DNA of 41,471 nt from Promethearchaeota archaeon (GTDB lineage: Archaea > Asgardarchaeota > Lokiarchaeia > Sigyniarchaeales > SOKP01): positions 1-41,471 of the forward strand of contig JAHLWH010000117.1 of assembly GCA_019058015.1 (NCBI GenBank), read 5' to 3'. Each line of letters begins with the position of its first letter. The stretch's first letter is position 1. The notes beneath the pieces are model-generated. The model saw only the letters and a program-made list of their open reading frames with translations. It was not told the origin of the DNA and did no database searches. Shown one piece after another: positions 9,908 to 20,599 of this stretch. A program made the position numbers and the translations under genes.

Positions 9908-11155
9908 GTGTCCAGATATAAAAAAAAAATAAATTTATTTCTATTTTTAATAATAATAGCCTTGTTATCCATTAATAGCCCCAATGTAAATGCAATACTT
10001 CAGATAAATATCTTAAAATTTGATACTGATAAAAATTATTATAATACTGATGAAAACATTAATATTGAAGCTTCTTGGATTTTAAATTATAATCCAATTG
10101 AGGAATGGGCTTATGTTCAAATTCAATTATTTGATAGTTTTGATCAATTAATGTGGTGCTCCGAGCAAAACGACACCATTGGCATTTTTAATAAAAATTG
10201 GACAATAGGTATATTAAGTTTGAATTTAAGTTTTTTTGAATATTCTACTAACTTTAGTATCATTTTTTATCTCTTTCATATGATTGGTGAAGAAATTTTT
10301 AGCTCTGGTCCAATAGCAACAAAATCCATTCAAGTTTTTAAAAAAATACTTTCATGTTCACTATTTGATTATGATGAAAAATTAAATTATGGGGAGATCT
10401 TATGTTTTCAAGCTTTATTTTTTAATATAACGAATAATAAAACAAATTATCCTGATAATCTGTTAGTAACCCTAAAAATCTATAAACAAATGGAATTAGT
10501 TTACGAGGAACTATATAATACCATAAATGGATTAATATACATCAATATCTCTACTTCAACATTTCCAATTATTGGTGAATTAGAATTAAAACTGATAACT
10601 TCTAATGATATTATTTATTTTAATCATATTTTTATTTACAGTTTAAAAGTTCAAAAGTTGGGTTTAAATTATACTCTTAATGAATATAATAAAAACGTAA
10701 AATATAATGAAAATGTCACAATTAATATAAGATTTTTCAACTGTAGTAATGGCCAAATTCGATATATTGAAATCTTTAATATAAGCGTAAGAATTTTTTC
10801 AAATAATATTTTGATTTACAAAAATTTTTATAATAGTAATAAAAATGGAACTCTCATTATATTAATTCCGAGTGAAATATTTGAAGAAAATGGAGAAAAA
10901 TCAATTTTCATTGACATTTTCAATAATTTATATTACAATGATCTATCAATTAAATTAACAATATTTTTTCAGAATAACCAAAATGATGATAACCAAGATG
11001 ATGATAACCAAAATGAAAATAATTTAATCTTTATTTTTAATAATCTAATCTTGATTTTAGTCATAAGTATTTTTAGTGGTGCAGGAACTTTATTTATTTT
11101 CCAAAGAAAGAGAAAAATTAATAAAAATTTATTTGAAATAACATTTAAACATTAA
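9908..11155 (+). CDS. Secreted/membrane-anchored beta-rich hypothetical surface protein
   Basis: N-terminal signal peptide (KKK + hydrophobic + VNA), N/D-rich linker, C-terminal TM followed by RKRK. Confidence 0.7.
   Translation: MSRYKKKINLFLFLIIIALLSINSPNVNAILQINILKFDTDKNYYNTDENINIEASWILNYNPIEEWAYVQIQLFDSFDQLMWCSEQNDTIGIFNKNWTIGILSLNLSFFEYSTNFSIIFYLFHMIGEEIFSSGPIATKSIQVFKKILSCSLFDYDEKLNYGEILCFQALFFNITNNKTNYPDNLLVTLKIYKQMELVYEELYNTINGLIYINISTSTFPIIGELELKLITSNDIIYFNHIFIYSLKVQKLGLNYTLNEYNKNVKYNENVTINIRFFNCSNGQIRYIEIFNISVRIFSNNILIYKNFYNSNKNGTLIILIPSEIFEENGEKSIFIDIFNNLYYNDLSIKLTIFFQNNQNDDNQDDDNQNENNLIFIFNNLILILVISIFSGAGTLFIFQRKRKINKNLFEITFKH
10974..11018 (+). repeat. 3 x 15-bp in-frame tandem repeat (NQNDD-type linker)
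   Basis: ataaccaaaatgatg / ataaccaagatgatg / ataaccaaaatgaaa. Confidence 0.85.
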
Positions 11156-11191
11156 AATAATTAAAAATTTTCGAATTAATTAATCTAAAAT

Positions 11192-12994
11192 TTATGAAGC
11201 ATAATAAAATTCATTTATTTTTTTCTGATATTCATCCTTTGTACTTCCTGGTTTATTTACTCTAGGTCGTTTCGTTAAATTATCGCGTCTAAATGTAATA
11301 TCCATAACTTTAAGAAATCTATTAAAACCATCTCTTAACTCCAATGGAACTGAAGCATCCCCCTTTATTCCTGGAACCCCCTCAAAAATCATAATTGAAT
11401 CTGCAATGAAATCTTGTGTAACTATATCATGTTCGACAACAAAAGCTGCTTTTTTCAGTTCTTCAATAACTTTTCTTATTAATTGCGCAATATTTAATCT
11501 CATTTCAACATCTAAAAAAGCACAGGGTTCGTCTATTAAAAATATATCTGCTTTTTCAGCTAAACATTTTGCAATTTCAACACGTTGTAGCTCGCCTTCA
11601 CTTAATTCAGTAATTTTTCTTTGTTCAATATTTCGTAAATTGAGATTATTAATTAAACGTTTTATTATTGGTGGAGATAAATGAGGTTTTGATTTAATAT
11701 TAGATATTAAATTTTCAACTGTTAGATCTTGTTCTGGTTTAATATATTGTGGTTTTATTGATATATCAAGTTCAGTAGATTCTTTTTGAGAAATATTTTT
11801 CTTAAGATTCGCCTGATTGGCTATAAGATTAATGAATGTGGTCTTCCCAATTGCATTTGGCCCTAAGATCCCAATAACTTCACCAGCATGTATCTCACTA
11901 CCAGATACCTTTAAATGAAATTCTCCCCTTTGTGTTTCTAAATCTTTATATGAAAAAATAATTTTTCCTTTATCAAAGGAAGAAATCTGTGGAGGACGGA
12001 CATGAAAAATTACTGGGTCTTCTCTAATACGCATATTTTCATCTTTGATATAACCTTGTAAGTAAATGTTTATTCCATTACGTACACTTTGAGGGTGTGA
12101 AACAATTCCATATACTCCAGGTTTTCCGTAAAAAATTGAAACGTAATCACTTAAATAATCTAAGATAGCTAAGTCATGCTCAACAACTACGATGGTTTTT
12201 CCATTTTCTGCTAAAGATCTAATAATTTTTGCTACTTTTATTCGTTCACTTACGTCTAAATATGATGTTGGCTCGTCTATCAAATAAATATCTCCATCTC
12301 TTAAAAATGCAACTGCTATCAACATTCTTTGTAATTCTCCTCCAGATAAAACGGAAATCTCCCTATTTAATATTTTCCCTAAATTTAATTTTTTAATAAT
12401 TTCGTCTAAATAATAATTATTCCTTATTCCTTTCAGGATATCTCCTAATTTTCCTGAGATCTTTTTGGGAATATCAGTAATATTTTGGGGTTTATGAATT
12501 ATCTTAATACTTTTTTCCCTTAAACCAATAAAATATCCTTGTAATTCTGAACCTTTAAATTGATCTATAATTTTATTCCAATCTGGAGTATCATTACCGA
12601 ATTTGCCTAAATTAAGAATTATTTCTCCAGCTAAAATTTTTAACATAGTACTTTTTCCACAACCATTGGGTCCAATTAAACCCAAAACACTTCCTTTTTT
12701 AGGTATTGCCATACGGAAAAGAGCAAAGCCATCTGTAGCATATCTATAAGATATCTCATTTTTCAATGGATCAGGTAAATTTATTATGCTGATACTGTTA
12801 AATGGACACTTTTTAACACAAATTCCGCATCCCGAGCACAAATTTTCAAAAATCTCAATTTTTTTCTCATTTAATAGAACTATTGTTTTGACACCTGTTC
12901 TCACCATAGGACAATATTTTATACAAGGTTTTTGACCAAATGGACTACACTTATGTGGTTTGCAAGTCTCTCTATTAAGAACGGCTATTCGCAT
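11192..12994 (-). CDS. rli1: Ribosome recycling ATPase ABCE1/Rli1
   Basis: N-terminal FeS cysteines (CKPHKC..C..CP, CSGCGICVKKCP), two ABC NBDs (GPNGCGKST, LSGGELQR, DEP), C-terminal ITFRRD..RPRVNK. Confidence 0.97.
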   Translation of the reverse strand: MRIAVLNRETCKPHKCSPFGQKPCIKYCPMVRTGVKTIVLLNEKKIEIFENLCSGCGICVKKCPFNSISIINLPDPLKNEISYRYATDGFALFRMAIPKKGSVLGLIGPNGCGKSTMLKILAGEIILNLGKFGNDTPDWNKIIDQFKGSELQGYFIGLREKSIKIIHKPQNITDIPKKISGKLGDILKGIRNNYYLDEIIKKLNLGKILNREISVLSGGELQRMLIAVAFLRDGDIYLIDEPTSYLDVSERIKVAKIIRSLAENGKTIVVVEHDLAILDYLSDYVSIFYGKPGVYGIVSHPQSVRNGINIYLQGYIKDENMRIREDPVIFHVRPPQISSFDKGKIIFSYKDLETQRGEFHLKVSGSEIHAGEVIGILGPNAIGKTTFINLIANQANLKKNISQKESTELDISIKPQYIKPEQDLTVENLISNIKSKPHLSPPIIKRLINNLNLRNIEQRKITELSEGELQRVEIAKCLAEKADIFLIDEPCAFLDVEMRLNIAQLIRKVIEELKKAAFVVEHDIVTQDFIADSIMIFEGVPGIKGDASVPLELRDGFNRFLKVMDITFRRDNLTKRPRVNKPGSTKDEYQKKINEFYYAS

Positions 12995-13097
12995 ATTAAA
13001 TTAACCTTTAATTATACTTAAAAGCTAAAAATTAAATTTGTCTAAAAACTTTTATCTTTATATCAATAAAGAATTTACAAATTTTAATTAAAATTCA

Positions 13098-14816
13098 TTG
13101 AGGACTTTGCAAAAAGAGTACCCTATTCACTGGCTTGAAGAAATTATCAATAAAATTTTGGATAAAAATTTATCAGAAATTACTTTAGCTACTGGTAAAA
13201 CACCCTCTGGACATATTCATATGGGGATTTTAAGAGAATTAATAATATGTGATTCAATTCGTAGAAAATTAGAGGAAAATAGAAAAAAGATAAATTTTTT
13301 CTTATTTATCGATAGTTTAGATGCTGCTAAACGATTTCCTGAATATATTGACAAAACTTTTACTAAAAAATATTTGGGAAAACCATTCTCGAAAATCCCG
13401 TGTCCCGTAGATGAAACAGGTTATAATAGCTATGCTGATTATTTTGGAACAGAACTGATCTCGACCTTTAAACAATTTGGAATAAAAGCGGATGTAATTT
13501 GGACTCATGAATTATATCAAGATATAATAATGAAGGATAAGATAAGAATCTCATTAAACAATACTGATAAAATCAAAGAGATATTTAGAAAAAATATTTT
13601 ACCAACTTTAGACGAAAAAAATAGAAAGTTATTTATAGATACTCAAAAGAACTGGTTTCCAGCAATGGTCATTTGCGAAAAATGTGGTAAAATGCAAAAA
13701 ATTGATGAAAATGGGTCAATAAAACCTAATCGTGTTTTATCTTATGATAAAAATAAAGATACAGTTTCCTTTTCTTGCACATCATGTGGTAATAGTGGAG
13801 AAATTACAATTAATAAAGGAGAATTAAAATTAAATTGGCGGGTTGATTGGCCTGCTAAATGGGCAATATTTAAAACTACTTGTGAACCTGCAGGAAAAGA
13901 TCATAGTGTAAAAGGAGGATCTTATGACACTGGTTTGGAAATATGTAAAATTATTTTCAATTATGATGGACCAATCAAATTAAGTTATGAATGGTTAAGA
14001 TTGGGAGATCAAGATATGAAGACATCAAAGGGAATAATCTTTACACCAAAAAAATACCTTAAAATAGCTGATCCCGAAATTTTACGCATGTTATTTTTAA
14101 GAACACCTCCAAATAAACATATTTCATTTAGACTTGAAGAATTATATCAGCTTTACGACTATTATGAAAAAATGGAAAACGTTTATTATGATATAGAACA
14201 TGCTAATTCAGAAACAGAAGAAAAATTTCTAAAATATATTTATCCACTTTGTCAAACAAGTAGAATTTCAACGAAAAAACCTCTTAGATTACCTTTTAAG
14301 TATTTAACTACTATAGTGCAATTAAAAACCATTCTAAAAATCGAGGGAATCTATGAAAAAGCAAAGAAAATTTTAAGATATAAAGGGTTTGATGAGAATC
14401 TTCCTTTTAATGACTTTGAAACACAATTAAATAGGGCACAAAAATGGATAAATGAAATAAAAGATATTTTGAAAAATGAAAAAAATGAGTCCATTAAAAG
14501 AAAAATATTGAATAAAGTAACAATATTTGAAGTTCCTGATAACGTTTCAGAAAATATTAAAAATAATTTAAGTCTCACTCAAAAATTAGGAATAAAATTA
14601 TTAAAGATGTTTTTAATCTCAAATAAGGATTTAAGTGATGAAGTAATTCAAAATAAAATTTTTGATATAGCTAAAAATGAATTAAAAATTAAACCCCAGA
14701 AATTATTTAAAACTATTTATTTAATAATAATAGGAAAAGAATTCGGCCCAAGATTAGGCCCATTTCTTCTAATGTTGGATAAAGATTGGCTAATAAATCG
14801 TTTATCTATCGAATGA
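13098..14816 (+). CDS. lysS: Class I lysyl-tRNA synthetase
   Basis: TPSGHIHMG, KLNWRVDWPAKW, EPAGKDH, YEW, MKTSKG, GPRLG motifs. Confidence 0.96.
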   Translation: MRTLQKEYPIHWLEEIINKILDKNLSEITLATGKTPSGHIHMGILRELIICDSIRRKLEENRKKINFFLFIDSLDAAKRFPEYIDKTFTKKYLGKPFSKIPCPVDETGYNSYADYFGTELISTFKQFGIKADVIWTHELYQDIIMKDKIRISLNNTDKIKEIFRKNILPTLDEKNRKLFIDTQKNWFPAMVICEKCGKMQKIDENGSIKPNRVLSYDKNKDTVSFSCTSCGNSGEITINKGELKLNWRVDWPAKWAIFKTTCEPAGKDHSVKGGSYDTGLEICKIIFNYDGPIKLSYEWLRLGDQDMKTSKGIIFTPKKYLKIADPEILRMLFLRTPPNKHISFRLEELYQLYDYYEKMENVYYDIEHANSETEEKFLKYIYPLCQTSRISTKKPLRLPFKYLTTIVQLKTILKIEGIYEKAKKILRYKGFDENLPFNDFETQLNRAQKWINEIKDILKNEKNESIKRKILNKVTIFEVPDNVSENIKNNLSLTQKLGIKLLKMFLISNKDLSDEVIQNKIFDIAKNELKIKPQKLFKTIYLIIIGKEFGPRLGPFLLMLDKDWLINRLSIE

Positions 14817-14855
14817 AAAATTTTTTTATAGATTCATTTTGTTGTGCTTTTTTTG

Positions 14856-15074
14856 TTATTTTTGAGAATCAATCTTTTTAATTTTATTCTTAAATCGTTT
14901 AAATATTGATCCTTTCATTTCTTTTTCTTTTTTTTCTTGCTTGATTTTTTGGAAGCATTTATCACAATAATCTTTAGTTTCTGAAATCATCTTGTTGCAT
15001 TTTAAGCAATGCTTATGTGGATAGATCCATTCATTTTTTTTTTTATATTTTTCATACTTACTCAACAGATTCAC
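14856..15074 (-). CDS. Small Zn-ribbon protein, DUF2116-like
   Basis: PHKHCxxC-x9-CxxC; true start may be TTG at 15065 after an AGGTGA SD. Confidence 0.7.
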   Translation of the reverse strand: MNLLSKYEKYKKKNEWIYPHKHCLKCNKMISETKDYCDKCFQKIKQEKKEKEMKGSIFKRFKNKIKKIDSQK

Positions 15075-15139
15075 CTTATCACAAAATCATTTGGATAATT
15101 AAAAAAATTATTGACTTTTTAAAGGATTTATTAAAAATA

Positions 15140-15772
15140 ATGAATAAGATGATTGAAAAAAAATTATTTAAGGAAATCTTGTTTTCTTTTAAAATAATTA
15201 TAATTTTTTTCATTATATTAATACCTTTTTTGCTTTTTAATAAAAATATATATATAATTACTTCAAATTCAATGTATCCTAATCTAAACATTGGAGACCT
15301 TATTTATGTAGAAAAAAAAAATAGCTCAAATATAAAAGTTGGATTTAATGAGGGGGACATCTTAATTATCCAAGGTCCTGATTATTATTATGAAAATGGT
15401 TTAAATCCTTTTTTTTTAAACTATTTAATGAATAATACACCAATCATACATAGAGCTATTGATAAAAAAATTATTAATGAAAAATATTATTTTTTAATGA
15501 AAGGAGATAATAATCTTTTAGTTGATGGAGCCTTTAAAATAATTAATATTTCTGAAGATTATAGTTATTTTTTCATTGAATATAACAAATCAGATGCTAT
15601 ATATGTTAGCGAAGAAAAAGTATTAGGTGTGTATATATTCAAAATTCCTTATATTGGGTATCTAAAAATATTTTTTCCCTATATTTTAATTTTGGTTATC
15701 TCTATAATCATAATATTAATCTGCTTAAAATTAACTGGTTATAAAATTAAAATAATTAAAACCAAAACTTAA
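15140..15772 (+). CDS. sec11: Signal peptidase I, archaeal/Sec11 (S26B) type
   Basis: SNSMYP (catalytic Ser), GD, IIHR (His), KGDNN, IPYIG + TM; start moved to ATG 15140 to avoid overlap. Confidence 0.9.
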   Translation: MNKMIEKKLFKEILFSFKIIIIFFIILIPFLLFNKNIYIITSNSMYPNLNIGDLIYVEKKNSSNIKVGFNEGDILIIQGPDYYYENGLNPFFLNYLMNNTPIIHRAIDKKIINEKYYFLMKGDNNLLVDGAFKIINISEDYSYFFIEYNKSDAIYVSEEKVLGVYIFKIPYIGYLKIFFPYILILVISIIIILICLKLTGYKIKIIKTKT

Positions 15773-15830
15773 TTAAAATTACGAAATTCTTCGGAATTTA
15801 AAATATTCTTTCTAAATTAAATTCAGAATA

Positions 15831-17015
15831 ATGATAAAAAAAGGAAAATATAATCTCTTCTCTTTTTCTATAGAAAATGAAATGATTATATATAACAGTA
15901 AAAATAGAATGAAAAAATTAGTTATTTTTAATCTTTTGAAGACAAATAACTTAGAAAAGATGATTCCGTTCTTAAACACCTTATTAAGGAAGGGTTTGAT
16001 AAAATATTATTCTATTCAATTTTTAAATAAAAAACATCTAAAGACTCTTATTTTATTAAATTACCAAGATAAGATAAAAGAGAATATTTTAAAGTCTATA
16101 GATAGAATTAAGGAAGAAATAAAAAAATCTTTAATAAAAAAATCTTTACATATAGAATTTTTAACTGATAATGAATTAAAGAGAGAGTTTATCAATATTA
16201 TCCTAGAAGAGGATTTAGATAAAGATCTAAAAATAAATACAAGAAATGATTTCTGTGTTATAAAAAATAATAAAAAAATTCAATTTATTAAATTATATTC
16301 ACTATATTTTATTCAAGATACACTAATTGAGTCTATTTTAAATATATTTTTCAACCTTATTACTGATTTAGGAATAAAAGGAAATTTAATTTTGAATTTT
16401 CTATTAAAAAATGGAAATATCATTTTTTCCTCATTTTTTGTTAAATATTATTATAATAAGAATATAGCCTCTAAAAGTGTTGAAACAGTTAATGAATTTA
16501 TTTCTAACGAATTATACTTAAAGGAAAAGAAAATAAAAAAAAATATGATTGGATATATATTATGGAGATTAAATTTTACCAAAAATTATTCAGATTATGA
16601 TAAAAATAAAGGCTTAGTATTCTCTTTATGTAGTATTATTAATGAAAATAAAAAATCATTGGTCTTAAATGGCCAAAAAAGCTTATTATCACCAATTAGT
16701 AAAAATTTTATGACTCTTCTCATAGAATTTCTAAAAAGAAATAATATTGAGTTTAATAAAAAAGATTCCCACCTGATAGAAATAAAGAATCAATATATAA
16801 TCTTATCAATTGATGATTTTAATCCATCAATAATTCAAGATATCTTCCAAAAATATTATCAAAATCGAATTATTTATATTATATTGCATGATTTACTCTT
16901 TTTCAAAAAGTTAGTATTAGAAACCAAAATCACTAATCTTTTAGGGGTTAAAATATTCAATCCAATAAGCTTCATTAAATTCTTGAAAAAAGCAAATTCA
17001 TTAATGATTTATTAA
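15831..17015 (+). CDS. Hypothetical protein
   Basis: 394-aa ORF, no recognisable motif. Confidence 0.6.
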   Translation: MIKKGKYNLFSFSIENEMIIYNSKNRMKKLVIFNLLKTNNLEKMIPFLNTLLRKGLIKYYSIQFLNKKHLKTLILLNYQDKIKENILKSIDRIKEEIKKSLIKKSLHIEFLTDNELKREFINIILEEDLDKDLKINTRNDFCVIKNNKKIQFIKLYSLYFIQDTLIESILNIFFNLITDLGIKGNLILNFLLKNGNIIFSSFFVKYYYNKNIASKSVETVNEFISNELYLKEKKIKKNMIGYILWRLNFTKNYSDYDKNKGLVFSLCSIINENKKSLVLNGQKSLLSPISKNFMTLLIEFLKRNNIEFNKKDSHLIEIKNQYIILSIDDFNPSIIQDIFQKYYQNRIIYIILHDLLFFKKLVLETKITNLLGVKIFNPISFIKFLKKANSLMIY

Positions 17016-17084
17016 ATTGGCTGCTTTGTTTAAAACATACAGTATCTAAACTTAAGAAAAAATGGTATTTGTAATTAAAAATAA

Positions 17085-17348
17085 CTAGAAAATTCCTAAA
17101 TCTATAGCAAGATCAGAGGCTGAGTTATCTGGGTGAAGTTTAATAAATGCTTTTTTTTTCCCATCAGGTGTTATTAGGGTATTTACCTTTACTACTTTAA
17201 CTTTATGTATTCGTTCAATTGCCTTTTTAATTTGATTTTTATTTGCTTTTCTTTCTACATAAAAAACAATTTTGTTTTCATTTTCTATTAAATCAAATGT
17301 ATTTTCAGTTATCAATGGCTTTTTAATAATTTTATAATCATTTTCCAT
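17085..17348 (-). CDS. rpl23: 50S ribosomal protein uL23
   Basis: PLITE, ENKIVF, ANKNQIK, VNTLITPDGKKKAFIKL. Confidence 0.97.
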   Translation of the reverse strand: MENDYKIIKKPLITENTFDLIENENKIVFYVERKANKNQIKKAIERIHKVKVVKVNTLITPDGKKKAFIKLHPDNSASDLAIDLGIF

Positions 17349-17352
17349 AAAT

Positions 17353-18141
17353 TTACACCAATATTTTAAATTGATTTAATTCATTGAAAGCATTTTGTGC
17401 CCATAAAACTAGTCTCCCTGGAATTCCACCAGGAGCAAAATCAATAGTTGATACATTATTTATATTTTTAACATCTACCCCAGGAATGTTTCTTGCAGCT
17501 TTATATATCCCAAAATCTTCTTTTATGATGATCAAAATACCTTTTTTATTTTTATATTTCCTACCTCTCCTTTTACCTTTGCCAGCTCTAATTTTTTTTC
17601 CTTTTTTAAAACGTTTAATCTCATTCTCTAATCCTATTTTTGTAAAGATTTCCATTATCTTCTTAGTACTTTTTATTGTTTGAATTTTATCATCTATAAC
17701 TAATGGAATTTTAGGGAGATCTTCAATAATATACCCTCTTTTTTTGACCCAATTTATATCAGCAGAGGCAGAAATTGATGATATTAATGCAATTGATTTT
17801 TCTTTCTTGTTTATTTTTTTAACTATTTTTTTTTTAGGTGTTGGAGCATGTGCTAATCTCCCTCCTTTTACGGAAGGAATAAATCCTGCATTTCTTGCCG
17901 TTAAAAATCCTGACCCTTGTATTCTGGGCACTCTAGCCATCCCAAATCCAGTTCCCCAGCTACGAGCAGTATTTCTTTTACCAGCAAGGGGATCTCTTCC
18001 TTGTTTTTGTTTATTTTGACTAAAATGGGCATTTATTGCTCTTTGAATCAAGTATAACTTTGGTTTTTCCTTAAATATCTTTGGTATCGAAACTGATTCT
18101 TTAGGTTTTCCATTTAAATTATATATATTTATTTTTTCCAT
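17353..18141 (-). CDS. rpl4: 50S ribosomal protein uL4
   Basis: SWGTGFGMARVPR, GGRLAH, RAGKGKRRGR, APGGIPGRL. Confidence 0.97.
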   Translation of the reverse strand: MEKINIYNLNGKPKESVSIPKIFKEKPKLYLIQRAINAHFSQNKQKQGRDPLAGKRNTARSWGTGFGMARVPRIQGSGFLTARNAGFIPSVKGGRLAHAPTPKKKIVKKINKKEKSIALISSISASADINWVKKRGYIIEDLPKIPLVIDDKIQTIKSTKKIMEIFTKIGLENEIKRFKKGKKIRAGKGKRRGRKYKNKKGILIIIKEDFGIYKAARNIPGVDVKNINNVSTIDFAPGGIPGRLVLWAQNAFNELNQFKILV

Positions 18142-18154
18142 AATACATCAATTC

Positions 18155-19174
18155 TTATTTTAATTGTTGGCTCTCTCGACTAATATATGAAATTTCTACT
18201 TGTGAATCAATAAATTTTTGAGCACCTCTAATGGTCTTTCTTAATTGTATTAATCTTTTTTTAGGTCCGGGTACGGAACCTAAAAGCATAATATAATCAC
18301 CCTTTACGAGGCCATATCTAATAAATCCACCTTTTGGATTAATCTCTTCGCCGTTCTCACCAATTTGCATAATTCTTTTATGGTATTCCGTTCTTTGGTG
18401 AAAACCCATTTGCCCTGCTCTTGGAACTGTATACAAAACTCTAGCGGGATGCCATGGACCGATGCAAGCAACAACTCTCCTAGCTTTATTATTTTTTCTA
18501 GATAAAATCGTAATTCCAAATCGTTTAACAGGACCTTGGAAACCTTTACCTTTTGTAATAGCAACAACATCAATTAATTCTCCAAGTTTGAAAACATCTC
18601 GGACTCTAATTTCCTTTCCTAAATTTCTAAAAGCTAAATTTAAAGCTTCATTTGGATCATCACCATTAGAAATTTTTATTTCAATAATATCTGGTTTTTT
18701 CCGTGGTAATGAAGCTTTGTGAGGTTGAGTTTGAAAAATTCCAAAAATTTCTGCTCCATCTTGTAGTTTTTTTTCAATTTCTTTTTTTTCTTCTTTTGGA
18801 TTAAAATTTTCTAATTTAATATTTTTAATCTTTCTTAGAAGATAATTATTAATTTCTTTAGTGAAAATATCTCCAATTATATATTTTCCATAGTTGTCTT
18901 GATTATATATTCTTATTCCAATTAGTATTAATGGAGGAGTATCGATGATAGTAACTGGTTTCATTAACTCTTTACCAAATGTTGAACTATATTTATAATC
19001 ATCGATATAAGTAATATGCGTCATTCCTGCTTTAAATCCACAAAAACCCAAAAAACTTGTTTCTCCCTCAAGATCTCCCCAATGTTTAATGTGTCCCTTT
19101 ATTGAAGATGCTCGTTTTCTAGGTAAAAATGCAAGAGAGCCATGCCTTGGTGCGTGTTGCTTTCTATGTCCCAT
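18155..19174 (-). CDS. rpl3: 50S ribosomal protein uL3
   Basis: MGHRK..PRHGSLAFLPRKRA, KAGMTH, TKGKGFQGPVKR, CIGPWHP, AGQMGFHQRTE. Confidence 0.98.
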   Translation of the reverse strand: MGHRKQHAPRHGSLAFLPRKRASSIKGHIKHWGDLEGETSFLGFCGFKAGMTHITYIDDYKYSSTFGKELMKPVTIIDTPPLILIGIRIYNQDNYGKYIIGDIFTKEINNYLLRKIKNIKLENFNPKEEKKEIEKKLQDGAEIFGIFQTQPHKASLPRKKPDIIEIKISNGDDPNEALNLAFRNLGKEIRVRDVFKLGELIDVVAITKGKGFQGPVKRFGITILSRKNNKARRVVACIGPWHPARVLYTVPRAGQMGFHQRTEYHKRIMQIGENGEEINPKGGFIRYGLVKGDYIMLLGSVPGPKKRLIQLRKTIRGAQKFIDSQVEISYISRESQQLK

Positions 19175-19543
19175 TTTGTTTAACACCTAAATTAAATAGA
19201 TAAAAGAAATAAAATAAATAAATTTTTTGATACAAGAAAAATTAAATAAGATTCAAATAAGATGAATATAAGAAAATATTGATAGATTGTTAAAATTAGA
19301 GAAAATTTATCACTTAATTAATTTTTTGATTAATCATAAAGATTTTATCATTTTTATCTTAAAGCTTAATTTTGGTATCTATATTTCATATCAATTTCAT
19401 TCTTAATTTACTCCCTCTCTCTCTCTCCTAGGAATAAACTTCTTTTTGAAAGGAATCGTGTTCTATTAGATGGTAATCTCCTTTTCAGAAAATAAAATAA
19501 AAGATTTAAGTCTTTTTGTTAATAAAAAGGGGTTTTATTTAAT

Positions 19544-20599
19544 TTGTATCATAATTCAAATTTTGAAAGAAAAATCTCTAATAAGTTACTTACTTTTTGC
19601 CCAGAATGTGGTTGCGAAATAATTAATTCTTATTTTGAAAGAGTTTGCATAAATTGTGGACTTGTTATAGGTGAAATTTTCAGTGATCATTCATATATAA
19701 TGAATAATACGATTGAATCATATAATTTATCAAATAAGCAATATGTTGCGTTAGGAGAGCGTATTAATTTTATTGGTGGATTGGGAACTTGTCTAGATTT
19801 TGAGAATTCTTATTATCTTAAGGATAAAAACGGTAATTTATTACCTCCAAATAGTCAAAAATTATTTCGTCGTTTAAAAAAAAATTATTCAAAATTTATT
19901 AGAATTAAAAATTTTGAAACAGAATATAGAATTTTAAAAATTCTAAATAATGTTATTTCGTATTTAAATTTAAATAATAATATTAGAAATAATGCGGCAT
20001 ATTTTTATAGGAAAATAATAAAATCTGCTCCTAGAGTAATTAACAATATTTCACTCATCGCTTTTTGTCTATTTTATTCATTAAGACGGGGAAATGATAG
20101 TGTTCCACTATCAATAAAAGAGATTTCCGAGATTTTTCAAATAATTGGTCACCGTGTCACACCTCGATTAATAATTCGTGATGGAATCATGTATAAAAAA
20201 TATCTTGATAAGAAGGATTCCTCCCTTAAAAGTGAAAAATATCTACCAAGATTAATTAATGAAATTGTTACTCATAAATCTTTAAAAGAACGTTTAATTA
20301 AGAAGGAAATTAAATGGAATCATAGTAAATATAAGAAGGAATTAACAATAATGTCAGAATATTTACTAAAGAATCTTAATCGAAAACAAAGAGGTGGAAG
20401 AAATCCATTAATTCTGGCGGGAGCAATAATTTATTGTGCAGATAAGATTTTAGCAATTAAAAATTCTCAAAAAAAAATTTTAACGCAAAAATTGATATCG
20501 TCAGCTACAAAAATTGCAGAATATTCAATTAGAGATCACTATGTATCATTATTAAAACCTATCTTTCTTACAAAAAGTTTAGAGGGGATTCCCAAGTAG
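19544..20599 (+). CDS. Divergent TFIIB/TFB-family protein
   Basis: Zn ribbon CPECG..CINCGLVI; cyclin-fold repeats (GRNPLILAGAIIY, LTQKLIS..EYSIRDHY). Confidence 0.85.
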   Translation: MYHNSNFERKISNKLLTFCPECGCEIINSYFERVCINCGLVIGEIFSDHSYIMNNTIESYNLSNKQYVALGERINFIGGLGTCLDFENSYYLKDKNGNLLPPNSQKLFRRLKKNYSKFIRIKNFETEYRILKILNNVISYLNLNNNIRNNAAYFYRKIIKSAPRVINNISLIAFCLFYSLRRGNDSVPLSIKEISEIFQIIGHRVTPRLIIRDGIMYKKYLDKKDSSLKSEKYLPRLINEIVTHKSLKERLIKKEIKWNHSKYKKELTIMSEYLLKNLNRKQRGGRNPLILAGAIIYCADKILAIKNSQKKILTQKLISSATKIAEYSIRDHYVSLLKPIFLTKSLEGIPK

